Assembly (NCBI GenBank): GCA_020891255.1
Contig: BQFW01000013.1
Location: forward strand, 1,302,001-1,366,000
Source: Entomortierella parvispora E1425
Taxonomy: Eukaryota; Fungi; Mortierellomycota
DNA: 64,000 nucleotides
Direction: 5' to 3'
Shown here: in pieces, positions 37,594 through 48,543 of the stretch
Position numbering within the stretch: the stretch's first letter is position 1
How the letters are laid out: every line of letters begins with the position of its first letter
Made by a program: the position numbers and the translations under genes
Notes under the pieces: generated by a model
Seen by the model: only the letters and a program-made list of their open reading frames with translations
The model's database searches: none
What the model was told of the DNA's origin: nothing

Positions 37594-38864
37594 ATGGCCA
37601 TTGCTAAAAAACCAAAGCGTTCGGTTACTCGCCGGAAACGACCTGTAACTGCCGACGCAGGGGTTACAGTGTCTTCTCCAACTATGCCACCGACCATAGC
37701 CTCATCCTCGGCAGCCGATCCCGTTGCGTTGCTTTTGGCGCTGACTCCTTCTGGCGCGGATACAACTTCGAAAACTTCGTCCCTTTTGACTATTACCAGC
37801 TCCAAGACGGTGGCGCGGAAAAAATCTTCTCTCGCTACTGCTCAATTAATTAGACGATACCACACTCTTAACAAGGAGCTTTCACAATGCCTGGCCAGGA
37901 TCGAAAAAAGCAAGGAGAAGACGGGTCCAGCACGTAACGCAACGAATGGAGTGTCTGACCTTGCAAGAATCGCAGAGATCCGGAAAGAAATGGATGATCT
38001 TGGAGGATTGGACATGTACCAGAAGGCGTCGACCCTGGGACAATCGAAGCAACGAGGCGGAGACTCCAGCAAATGGTTGATCCCTGTCATTGAAAAATGT
38101 TACGATAAATTGGACAAGAAGGTAATTATACCAGAAAGGAGCTCTTCTCGAGGAAGCAACAAAACAAAGCGGTGAAGAATGCTCAACTAATATAACGCCA
38201 CAACCCCATGTCAACTTTGACAACCAAATCTTTCGAACAACAAAAAGGCTGGTCCGCCATTGAAATTATTGGATATTGGCGCGCTTTCACCACACAACTA
38301 CCAAAAGTACTCTTCCTGGATCAAGACAACGCCGATCGATCTCAACCCTCAAGACCCACTGATCACGAAAATGGATTTTCTGGAAATGCCTGTTCCTTCT
38401 AAACCCGCAGACCTTTTTAACGTTGTGTGCCTGTCTCTGGTTGTCAATTTTGTGGGTGATCCCGCTCAACGTGGACAGATCCTTCGACATTCGACTCAAT
38501 TCCTGGTCCCTGGCACAGGTCTCTTATACCTGGTGCTTCCTCTCCCATGTATTCAAAATTCGCGCTATATGGACCACGAGCTTCTGGTCGACATGATGGA
38601 CTCCATAGGGTATTCTACTGTGGTGGATCACCACTTTGCAAAGAAGCTTGCTTACTACGTCTTCAAACTGGATGCTCGTCCTTCCGGAGGCAAGAAGGGA
38701 ACGAAACCGTTCCCAAAGAAGATGCGACATGATAAACCAAACCGGAACAAGTAAGTGCAATACACTGTCACCACCTCTGGTTGACCTGTAGGGATCCGCA
38801 AACGGACTGTCGACTAACATGAGCGCGTATTTTATTCTCCAGCTTTTGTATTGTCCTTACATAG
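37594..38864 (+). CDS. BMT2: 25S rRNA adenine-N1 methyltransferase (Bmt2/SAMTOR family)
   Basis: LGGLDMYQKAS, RGGDSSKWL, LLDIGAL, SLVVNFVGDPAQRGQIL, LPLPCIQNSRY. Confidence 0.92.
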
Positions 38865-39137
38865 ACACGATGTAATTCTATAAAATTCTCCCGCGGAACA
38901 TATCGATGGCTCGCGTTGCACAAAAGTCGAAAGCGCAAAACAGCTCAAGGGATTTAAGCGGGCGGATGAAGAAAGTTAGCGACTTTTCGCTTAATCCGAA
39001 AGCAGTGTTGTCCACCTGTCAGTTTACCTCCAGTTTAAAGACTTCTCTCCCTTTTCCCTTTTCTGCTCTCTTTTCATTTTCTCTCGCCCATTAGCCCTTC
39101 CTCGACGTTGACGACACAACTTTTTCACGCCATCCAT

Positions 39138-39569
39138 ATGTCGACCAGTAATCAAACTACCGTACAGTTTAACGACTATTTCCGTTGGGTGGCACTCGGT
39201 TTGGGCTGCTTTGCCCTCATATCTGCACTCGCAAGGCTGCATTTGGTCAGAAAAAGAGCGAAGGCCGAATTGCAAAGGATACGGGAACAAAGGATACCTG
39301 ACGTGGAATATGATCCAGAAACAATGATGTCCATATCGCGTCCACCAAATCTGGCGTCGTCTGCAGACCGTCCCTGGCAAATGGAGATAATCAGCACCAA
39401 CAGGACGGCGACTCGGGAGTCTGGCCAATTCCTCCCTACCTACGCGGTGGCCGCTTCATTGCCCGCCGTCGACCCGACTACAGTCGAAGCGATCACCATA
39501 GCCATTGATTCTGAACGAGAGGTGCAAGATCAGGGCCAGGGCCAGGAACAACCGCCACTATATACCTAG
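39138..39569 (+). CDS. Small single-pass membrane protein with PY motifs
   Basis: 143 aa; hydrophobic WVALGLGCFALISALARLHLV followed by RKRAK; LPTY and C-terminal PPLY. Confidence 0.7.
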   Translation: MSTSNQTTVQFNDYFRWVALGLGCFALISALARLHLVRKRAKAELQRIREQRIPDVEYDPETMMSISRPPNLASSADRPWQMEIISTNRTATRESGQFLPTYAVAASLPAVDPTTVEAITIAIDSEREVQDQGQGQEQPPLYT

Positions 39570-39799
39570 TCTTGTTTATGCTTTTTTTTTAAAAAAAAAA
39601 AAAAAAAAAAAAATAACGCTCGATTGCCTTGTTCCATGGACCATGGAGGAATTGCCATTTCTCTTTTACTCTCTTTCCTCTCTCTCTCTCTCTCACAAAC
39701 ACACACACACTCTCTCTCTCTCCCTCTTTCTTTTTTTTTTCCTTGACAAACATCGCATCGTGTCTCCTCGTTAACAAACCCATCATCACTCTCATCAAG

Positions 39800-41791
39800 A
39801 TGACTCTTGATTTCTCCATTCGGCGACATCCTCTCGCAATTCAAGAGCTCTGTGACCACATCGCTCTCTATCTCGACTTTCCAGCCTGCCGCAGTCTATG
39901 TCAAGTCTCCCGAGCCTGTCACCTTGGATTCCTTTCCCACTTCTGGCAACTCTCCAATCTCGGTCGGAAAGATACATCCCTATCTCTCCTCCGCGGTCTT
40001 GCTAAGCATGGGCACAATGTCCGTTCTATCAACGTCTTACAGTGGACGGGTCGCGAACTCTTGCTGTTTCATCTGCGAAAGCACTGTCATTTTCTCTCCT
40101 CGATCGAAATCCTCGACAAATCGTCGCTTTCAAACTCCACCTTGACGCGTCAGTTGTTCTTTGAGGGAGAACTGGATGTGGATGAAGAATTGGAGGAAAT
40201 GGACTATGCAGATCGCGTCCTTTGGAAGAAGGCCGGAAGTCCATTGCGGAACCCTGACCTGGATGTTTCAAATCTTCGGCGCCTTCGTCTGACGCTTTCC
40301 CACCACGATGCTGAGCAATTCCTCCTGTATGCAACGCGATCCGCCAGAAATTTTATTGCAAAGGACACACTCTCTACTCAGGAGGATGAAAAGGCGGAAA
40401 TGGGATGTCGGTTGTCGTTACAGCATGCATGGGCGCCACAGCTGCAAGAGTTTACTCTAGAAGCTGCTATACCGTACTCGAGGTACCCACGCAAAAGTCG
40501 GCTAGCACTTCCCGATCTACTAGTCGCCTTTCCGAATTGTCGATCATGGGCATTTGATGGTGTTTATGTTACAGAGCTCAACCCTGCATGGAGTGAACGC
40601 TCTCTAGAGGAACAAAGAGAGATTGAGAATCGCAAAATCAATCGACTGAAATATATGAGTATCAAGGAAAAGTCATCACAACAGGAGGTTCGGCCCAACA
40701 TTCATCTACAGGACGCAGAAGGTGTATACGGAAGAACACTACAAACACTCTCGATCGAAGGAAACATTCAGATTACTTCTCTGGAATGGCTCCTAACTCA
40801 TTCGCCACGAGTACAGAATCTGACACTCTCTTATGTTCTGGAAAACATGGAAACAGCAAGAGCTGTACTTATATTTGAAGCGCTGACGCTCTCTTGTAAA
40901 GAGTTGCGCGCGCTTCAACTGACAAAGCCTCTGTATATGGGCGATGGAGGATATGACGCCTTGGATGCAATGTTCGTCTCACTCAGGAAGCTGGAGACGC
41001 TGACCCTTCCTTCATGGCTCATTCACAATGAAGTCTTTGACTCCTTGGTGTCTCGACATGGAAATATTGAATTCGAAGAAAACGAAATGACAGGGGCCGA
41101 GGAGAGACCACGTAGACAACAAGGACTTGTCCACGCGTCATTTACACAATGCAGCATCAACGACATGTCAGGGATTAGAAGGTGGTTGGCGAGCCAGGCC
41201 AGCTGGCGACTGGTTGTCTTAGATCTCTCTGGTACCATACTCAGCGTCAACCTTTTTGCGCCTTTGTCTACGAATATTTCTGTCGGTGTCAACGTGCCAG
41301 CGGATCCGACCGGAACGGAGAATATGGAGCTCGTATGGGGCTGTGACAATACTCTGGAAGTTTTGAAGATTGATCGGATCAGATTTCTTAGCTCCCATCT
41401 CTATGACGACGAAGGCCTCGATGCGGTCCTCGCGGATGCTCGAAGAGTTCGTCAGCGGCTGGAGCGGCTGGTCCGCCTGAAGACTTTGGTGATTGGCAGG
41501 GCAAATGTTCCCCAGTCTATCTTTCTTCCACAAGATAATACATCCCCTGTGAATTCGGCTTCTCCTCCAGACTCCTCCGATTGTCTCCTCGTTGAACAGA
41601 CAGAGCCAAGGCAACCCATGTTATTCAATCACCTCACATCTTTAAGATTGGAAGGTCTCTACCCTAAACTGGGACCTTCAGAGATAGATCGGCTCCTTAG
41701 TCTTTATCCCTCCTTAACGAACCTCCAGGCGTATGATTCTTTCACACAGGAGGGACTCGAGCATTTCATGAGAATCTGTAAAAATGAATAG
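39800..41791 (+). CDS. F-box/LRR-like protein of the expanded Mortierellaceae type
   Basis: Intronless 663 aa. N-terminal HPLAIQELCDHIALYLDFPACRSLCQVSR..W followed by degenerate L..L.L leucine-rich repeats. Confidence 0.8.
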   Translation: MTLDFSIRRHPLAIQELCDHIALYLDFPACRSLCQVSRACHLGFLSHFWQLSNLGRKDTSLSLLRGLAKHGHNVRSINVLQWTGRELLLFHLRKHCHFLSSIEILDKSSLSNSTLTRQLFFEGELDVDEELEEMDYADRVLWKKAGSPLRNPDLDVSNLRRLRLTLSHHDAEQFLLYATRSARNFIAKDTLSTQEDEKAEMGCRLSLQHAWAPQLQEFTLEAAIPYSRYPRKSRLALPDLLVAFPNCRSWAFDGVYVTELNPAWSERSLEEQREIENRKINRLKYMSIKEKSSQQEVRPNIHLQDAEGVYGRTLQTLSIEGNIQITSLEWLLTHSPRVQNLTLSYVLENMETARAVLIFEALTLSCKELRALQLTKPLYMGDGGYDALDAMFVSLRKLETLTLPSWLIHNEVFDSLVSRHGNIEFEENEMTGAEERPRRQQGLVHASFTQCSINDMSGIRRWLASQASWRLVVLDLSGTILSVNLFAPLSTNISVGVNVPADPTGTENMELVWGCDNTLEVLKIDRIRFLSSHLYDDEGLDAVLADARRVRQRLERLVRLKTLVIGRANVPQSIFLPQDNTSPVNSASPPDSSDCLLVEQTEPRQPMLFNHLTSLRLEGLYPKLGPSEIDRLLSLYPSLTNLQAYDSFTQEGLEHFMRICKNE

Positions 41792-41821
41792 ACAAAGGTC
41801 ATCTTATGGCACATTGGTATT

Positions 41822-42659
41822 GTTTATTGTTTTATAATGTACAAGTGAGTGACTGAGTGAGAATGCAAGTGATGGGTATGACACTGAGTGGTATCTTGGG
41901 TGGAGGAGTCGTTTAAAGGCGGATGTTGCCTTGGAGGACTTGACCACCATAAGACTTGTTAAGGGCCATCTGGATGGCCTGTTCGCGGGTCATGGTCGAC
42001 TTGGTCTTGGAGTCGCTTGAGCGAGAGCCCTGCATGGAAGAGCGAGGGGTCGAGGCGGCAGATGAGGCAGCGGACGAGGTCTGGTTCTTGGAGGACTTGA
42101 AGAAAGACATGGCTTTAGTTGTTGTGGTTGTTGTTGATTTTGAGGTTGGGTCGTCTTTGGAGTTTGCTGAATGCAGGAACAGAGGCTAGTTGTTGTTGGT
42201 TGTTGAGTGAAGAACAAACACAAAGAGGGGGAATGCGATCTCTTTTATACCTTTGACAGGGCCTCATCTTGGCACGGATCCGGGCACCAGCAATTGAAAG
42301 TCGATTGCCGCAGCGCGAAATTTAAGCATGGACCACAGCGCTTCCCGCAGTTTCAACCTTGGCGACCCAAATTTGCTCCAACTGTGCCGATTTCAGCTCC
42401 AGTTGCGGATTTCTTTGCCAACGCGGAGGGAATTGGTCTGACCACCGCCAAGTGCTCTCAGGGGGGAGTGATGTCAAATCGAGAAGTAGAAGAATTTATT
42501 CCCGGGGCGCGGTTGCTTGGCTGGGTTGCACGACACACAGGGATGACGGTTTTGTTGTGATGCAGGTTGTGTCGTGCCGAGAAGCAGCATCAGCGGCAGC
42601 AGGCGGAAATGAAGGATGCACGCCAAGAATGGAAAGTCGATCCAGCACTTGGCTATCTT
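41822..42659. repeat. Left arm of an 838-bp inverted repeat
   Basis: Reverse complement of 45825-46662 with about 11 mismatches by manual comparison. Confidence 0.97.
41913..42110 (-). CDS. 65-aa Ser-rich orphan microprotein, copy 1
   Basis: MSFFKSSKNQTSSAASSAASTPRSS...MTREQAIQMALNKSYGGQVLQGNIRL. TATAAAA upstream, A/C-rich leader; a diverged paralog conserves the frame and motifs. Confidence 0.8.
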   Translation of the reverse strand: MSFFKSSKNQTSSAASSAASTPRSSMQGSRSSDSKTKSTMTREQAIQMALNKSYGGQVLQGNIRL

Positions 42660-42856
42660 CTCGCACACGCCTTGACTTTCGTTTGTTTGCCTGTCCCATC
42701 ATTATAATTTATTCTAACTTTGGCTATTCAAGATTTCTGGCCTTGAGAATATAATCACGTGATTATTGAAATCGGCACCCTTAAGCCATCACAGTATTTG
42801 TCCCCAAGCGGACCTTGGCTTGGAAAGCTCTTTCTTTCTCCATCGATATTCTCACA

Positions 42857-43846
42857 ATGGTTGCTCAGAGAACTGGAATCATCTCTGGCCAGAATGCTGG
42901 TCACATCACCACCGTTCGCGAGTTGAAGACGCCCATGTCCTACAAGAAGGGTGTTGTAAGTCATTGATGACAGATGGAACGGAGGTTTATGGCCAAAGGA
43001 TGGATCGATGGATGAAATATCGACAAAGGATCGACGGATACGTCTCAGCAGGATTTTTTTCTTGGGATGCGCCATGATGCTGGATTCAAGGCGACACCAT
43101 CATCACTTTCTGTTTCCAGAATGCATGCCGGTACCAGGATCCAGCATGCAAACGAAGATCATCGCTACCAGCATTCCTGCGATGATTCCTCTATGAACCT
43201 TAACTTGTCAGAGATTCATGGCAACCCTGTGATCTCGCCCGCTCTGTCAATCAACTTCGTCTTGAACATCGGCATACGGGAAGGCAACACAGTTCACTCA
43301 GCTGTGCGATGTAACTCTACAACGTCTGAACAGTGGATGTATTATGAGGCGCCAACATCAAACCATAGGGTGAAGCCTCCAACAATCGGAACAGCAATCT
43401 AATGAACAGGATGCAACACAGGAATGACAGAGTCAACAGTGTGGGCAGGGGTGGCAGAATATGGCACTCTTTACAAGACACTTTTGGATGTACGCTGACC
43501 GACCTTTCAACGGACCTCGTTATTTTTTTTTACTTTACAGGCCGGCAAGCGTGTCGTCTTCGTCCGCTCCCTCATCCGTGAGGTCGCTGGCTTTGCTCCC
43601 TACGAGCGCCGCATCATGGAGTTGATCAAGAACTCCAAGGATAAGCGTGCCCGCAAGCTCGCCAAGAAGAGAGTATGTTGGACAGCCCCTTTATGATCTT
43701 CAGGCGGCGGCAGTGATTTATACAGACCATAGATTTCTAACCGCACTTTTTGTCTTCTGTTCGTATAGCTCGGAACCTTCCTTCGTGCCAAGAAAAAGGT
43801 CGAGGAGATGACCTCCGTCATTGCTGAGTCCCGTCGCGCCCACTAA
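42857..43846 (+). CDS. RPL36: 60S ribosomal protein L36, copy a (102 aa)
   Basis: Exons 42857-42955, 43541-43672 and 43769-43846: [19 protein letters not shown]...[52 protein letters not shown]. Confidence 0.97.
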
Positions 43847-44267
43847 ACTACTATTCAGTCGTTATGTTCGCACGGAAATAAAGCCGATCTTTCAGCTTAA
43901 AACATCTTTATTTCGTTATTACAATGTCTTCTTTATTTGAGTACTCACGGACGCTTTGTGTGCTTGTAGTCTACGGCAGTACCCTAAAAATATCACTGCC
44001 GAAGAACCCTACCATCTTTACCGACGGCAGCTCTAACACATTTGAGTTGTCAACTGTCTGTCGCGCCTACATGAATAAACATTTGACGCTTGTAGTCCAT
44101 TTTGCAGACCCTACATATTTCTAACTCCATGCCATTCACCCCTTGCCCTACCCAGTTCTGTGTTCACTTTCGTATTCAGTAGTTTATCCAGCAACAGCGC
44201 AGAAAAGCTCTAATGTTGCCAGAACTGATTTTATTTTTTCCTGCTAACAAATGACTGTTTGGAGGAT

Positions 44268-45279
44268 TTAGTGAGCGCGACGGGACTCGGCGATGACGGA
44301 GGTCATCTCCTCGACCTTTTTCTTGGCGCGGAGGAAGGTTCCGAGCTACATGAACAAAAATGACAATGACAGTAAAGGCAGTTAGATACCCATGACTTGA
44401 ATAGATCACTATGGCCAAAAAATCATGCAAGCAGGGTGGAACATACTCTCTTCTTGGCGAGCTTACGGGCACGCTTATCCTTGGAGTTCTTGATCAACTC
44501 CATGATGCGGCGCTCGTAGGGGGCAAAGCCAGCGACCTCACGGATGAGGGAGCGGACGAAGACGACACGCTTGCCAGCCTGTAGGATAAAAAGTTTGTTG
44601 AGAGGTTGGTCAGAGTACATCCAGATGAATTTGAAAAGAGACATATCGTTTGTTCCTCCTGCGTGATATTTGCTCCTTCCTGCCGACGCCGTTGTTGTAG
44701 AGCTATTGCATGGTTTCGCCCGTGTTGCTTCCTGTCTGACCGATTGTGATAACTAGGCGAAGGCACTGAAAGCTGTTGATTTGATGTAGGTGCCTTCCAT
44801 CCAGCCAAAACATCAAAACGTCAAAGTCCAGGCGACATAGCGATGTTCTGCTTCTTAACTCCTCTGTAACGATATTCGCATCCTGTGGGCTTGAATGAAC
44901 CAACAATAGATTTGAAGGTTGATTTGCTGGCTGAACACAAGATCATGGTTCCATCATGCATCTTTTGACATCTGTAAGGCTGCTGCATGATGAATCCTAG
45001 TGCCGACATGCATTCTGGAAACAGAAAGTGATGATGGTGTCGCCTTGAATCCTGAATTATGACACATCCTGAGAAAAAAAATCCAGCTGAAACGTATCCG
45101 TCGATCCTTTCGTGGATATTTCATCCATCGATCCATCCTTTGGCCATAAACCTCCGTTCCATCTGTCATCAATGACTTACAACACCCTTCTTGTAGGACA
45201 TGGGCGTCTTAAGCTCGCGAACGGTGGTGATGTGACCAGCATTCTGGCCAGAGATGATTCCAGATCTCTGAGCAACCAT
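44268..45279 (-). CDS. RPL36: 60S ribosomal protein L36, copy b (convergent paralog)
   Basis: Exons 45279-45181, 44578-44447 and 44345-44268. Same protein except T6S; other differences are synonymous. Confidence 0.97.
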
Positions 45280-45451
45280 TGTGAGAATATCGAAAGTAGA
45301 AGGGCGATTCAAGGTCCCAAGGACCGAATTGCTCAAAGACAGCCTCCGACAATAATTTCACTTAAGGGTTAATAATCAGTCACGTGTAATGATTTTGGAT
45401 CTTTTATTTTACAATTGATGCTATGTGGGTATAGATAGAGCTGCAAGACGC

Positions 45452-45643
45452 TTATACGCGAATGTTGCCTTGGAAGACATGGCCTCCGAGTGACTTGTCC
45501 AGCGCCATCTGCAGTGCTTCATCGCGGGTCATCTTCTTTGCCTGTGCTGCTGGTCGGGTCTCGTGGATTGACGAGCGAGGAGTTTGAGCTGGGGTCGAGG
45601 CAGCAGAGGCGGATTGGTTCTTGGAAGATTTGAAGAAAGGCAT
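45452..45643 (-). CDS. 63-aa Ser-rich orphan microprotein, diverged copy 3
   Basis: MPFFKSSKNQSASAASTPAQTPRSS...MTRDEALQMALDKSLGGHVFQGNIRV; TATA-like tatataa near 45767-45773 on the minus strand. Confidence 0.8.
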   Translation of the reverse strand: MPFFKSSKNQSASAASTPAQTPRSSIHETRPAAQAKKMTRDEALQMALDKSLGGHVFQGNIRV

Positions 45644-45824
45644 GTTCGTAATTTTTTGTGCCAGAGATTGAAAGTGTTGCAGGCCAATGCGCTTGGTGCA
45701 GCTTGCTTTGGATGATTGATGTTGTTTGGATGTGGATAAAAGATGGGAATGCGGAGGGTCGATACTTTATATACAAGAACCGCAAGGTTGCAAAGTGCAG
45801 AACAGTACTGAGCGAAGTTTCTCC

Positions 45825-46662
45825 AAGATAGCCAAGTGCTGGATCGACTTTCCATTCTTGGCGTGCATCCTTCATTTCCGCCTGCTGCCGCTGATGCTGC
45901 TTCTCGGCACGACACAACCTGCATCACAACAAAACCGTCATCCCTGTGTGTCGTGCAACCCAGCCAAGCAACCGCGCCCCGGGAATAAATTCTTCTACTT
46001 CTCGATTTGACATCACTCCCCCCTGAGAGCACTTGGCGGTGGTCAGACCAATTCCCTCCGCGTTGGCAAAGAAATCCGCAATTGGAGCTGAAATCAACAC
46101 AGTTGGCCAATTTTTGGGTCGCCAAGGTTGAAACTGCGGGAAGCGCTGTGGTCCATACCTAAATTTCGCGCTGCGGCAATCGACTTTCAATTGCTGGTGC
46201 CCGGATCCGTGCCAAGATGAGGCCCTGTCAAAGGTATAAAAGAGATCGCATTCCCCCTCTTTGTGTTTGTTCTTCACTCAACAACCAACAACAACTAGCC
46301 TCTGTTCCTGCATTCAGCAAACTCCAAAGACGACCCAACCTCAAAATCAACAACAACCACAACAACTAAAGCCATGTCTTTCTTCAAGTCCTCCAAGAAC
46401 CAGACCTCGTCCGCTGCCTCATCTGCCGCCTCGACCCCTCGCTCTTCCATGCAGGGCTCTCGCTCAAGTGACTCCAAGACCAAGTCGACCATGACCCGCG
46501 AACAGGCCATCCAGATGGCCCTTAACAAGTCTTATGGTGGTCAAGTCCTCCAAGGCAACATCCGCCTTTAAACGACTCCTCCACCCAAGATACCACTCAG
46601 TGTCATACCCATCACTTGCATTCTCACTCAGTCACTCACTTGTACATTATAAAACAATAAAC
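45825..46662. repeat. Right arm of the 838-bp inverted repeat
   Basis: Reverse complement of 41822-42659. Confidence 0.97.
46374..46571 (+). CDS. 65-aa Ser-rich orphan microprotein, copy 2 (identical protein to copy 1)
   Basis: One synonymous difference (AGT/AGC) from copy 1; TATAAAA near 46235. Confidence 0.8.
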   Translation: MSFFKSSKNQTSSAASSAASTPRSSMQGSRSSDSKTKSTMTREQAIQMALNKSYGGQVLQGNIRL

Positions 46663-46751
46663 CATGGTAACCACGAAACCAAAACGCTTTTTTTCATAAG
46701 GAGAGATTTTCTGGTCGCCCAAGAGCAGCAGCCACGGAGGGTGTTGACTCT

Positions 46752-48543
46752 TTAAACTTTAGACTGCAACCGGACAACGCCCTCTTGTGCTACGGACACA
46801 GCCAATGTTCCATCCTCCTTGTATATCCTTCCAAAAGTCAGTCCGCGATCACATCCCGACCGAGGACTGAAAATAAAGTACAATTGTAAGTTTCTAATCA
46901 GCCTATTGTTGGGCCACATCTCTCATCTTTGCAAGTGAAGAATCAACTTACGTTTCGCAGACATAGAGCATCCACTCATCAGCTCGGAAGGGGCAATGGA
47001 ACCACATTGAATGGTCCAATGATGCCATCATGGTGATCTTTGGGTTGGGTCCTCTCCTTGAGAACCAGGTGCTTCCATGAGCCAGTGGCACTGTGTTCAA
47101 CAGGTTATGATCGGATCCGTACGCGACCACGCACTGATGCAAGGCCAAAGCATCCCCAAGAGTGCCCTTGCACTTGATCCAAAACATTTGTTCGGTCCTG
47201 ATCTCTGGGTTCTGAATCTCTCTCAATGTATGGCGCTTGGTATCTTTAAAATCTAATGCCACAGGCTACAGAATAAACGAGGATGATGAGCTTCTCCGGA
47301 AAATGAAAATCAAAGCAACGACCACAATCAGGCGATTAGTAGCTATACCTCTTCCAATCTAAGCTTCAATAGCTCAGTGACATTTTCTGGGATTTTGGGG
47401 TTGTTGATCAAACCGCGGATCAATTCTTCTTGACTGGGGAGAGTGCTGTGATGGGGCACATCTGGCATGGTGTATTGATGACCAGGGGCGTTCGGGCGAG
47501 GCACCTGGAAACTTGCTGTACACACAAAGATGTTTTTGCCTCGCTGCTTAGCTGTCACTGTCCTAGTGCAGTATGATTTGCCTAGAGGGAAGCAACTAGG
47601 TCGGTGAGTAGAGAAGATCGCGTGATGAGCCAAAGGCGGACCTTTTTTTTTTTTTACCGTCTCGGACACGCTCCACGTGGTACAGGATCGGGGTGGAATG
47701 ATCTCCAGGCATCAGGAAATAGGAATGAAGCGACTAATAGTTCATTGAAAGGGAGCATCCAAATTCGCACGAGTGAGCATCTGAGTCTTCCTTCCAATGT
47801 TTGGTTCCTGACAAACGTATATGATCCCCGGGTCCAATCTTATCCGTCTCTCTTTCTTTGCACTCTTCCAATGGTATCCAAGACCGGGCTAGGGACTTTT
47901 CCACTTTTTAGTCCTGCATCACATTGTCCTGTCTTCTTTCTGTCCTTGGGTAACTACAGGGAGAGTGTGATGAAAACACAAAGTAGCACGTACATGAACG
48001 GAGTAGTTTGTCGACACAGTGTTTGTGGCAGCTACCAAGGCCTGTCCGACGACATTCCCACCTAGATGTTTCCAAATTGGATCGCAGAAAATATCAGTTT
48101 TTTCATTTCCGAGAAATTCAGCCTTCGTCACATTCTTGCTTCTGTTTACCAAAAACACCTCGTGCGCCCATAGGCATCCACAACTTCTTGGATCGATAAA
48201 GATCTTTGTCAATCTCTTCCAGATCCAGCATGGACTCGATTATGGTGTTGTCTAATACAAACGAACCGTTAGCAAAGATTATTTTTTTTTTTTGCAAGGA
48301 GAGCCAACAGAACAAACTCTCCGCTCATGATCGAAACCCAGCCGATGGAGACAAGAATTTGTGGGGGCAGTGGGAAAGTGCGGACACGGACTGAGGCCCT
48401 ATTGTTCCTTGTGCCATCGCTTTTTTTCCCATTCAGGCTTCTCAGAACGAGAAATGTGCTCTCGTCATGTTCTTACTCGAGTTGCCATCGGCGTCAGGGG
48501 CAGGTGTCACGAACAAAGATTCAGAAGGCGTCAGAGAGGACAT
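46752..48543 (-). CDS. TES1: Peroxisomal acyl-CoA thioesterase II (TesB/ACOT8 family)
   Basis: LDLEEIDKDLYRS, RGVFGGNVVGQAL, HQCVVAYGSDHNLL, MASLDHSMWFH, GRIYKEDGTL...QEGVVRLQSKV* (PTS1-like SKV). Confidence 0.95.

Noticed and set aside
42207-42754. Duplicated 100-130 aa ORFs inside the inverted-repeat arms (e.g. MKNKHKEGEC..., also 45924-46277)
   Set aside because: They recur only because the DNA is duplicated. They overlap the TATA/promoter region, and the arm mismatches in them are largely non-synonymous.
42960-43120. Box C/D snoRNA in the RPL36 intron (TGATGA near the 5' splice site)
   Set aside because: The C-like box is only ~10 nt from the donor and there is no conserved CTGA D box or terminal stem. 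Kept only as an unspecified conserved element.
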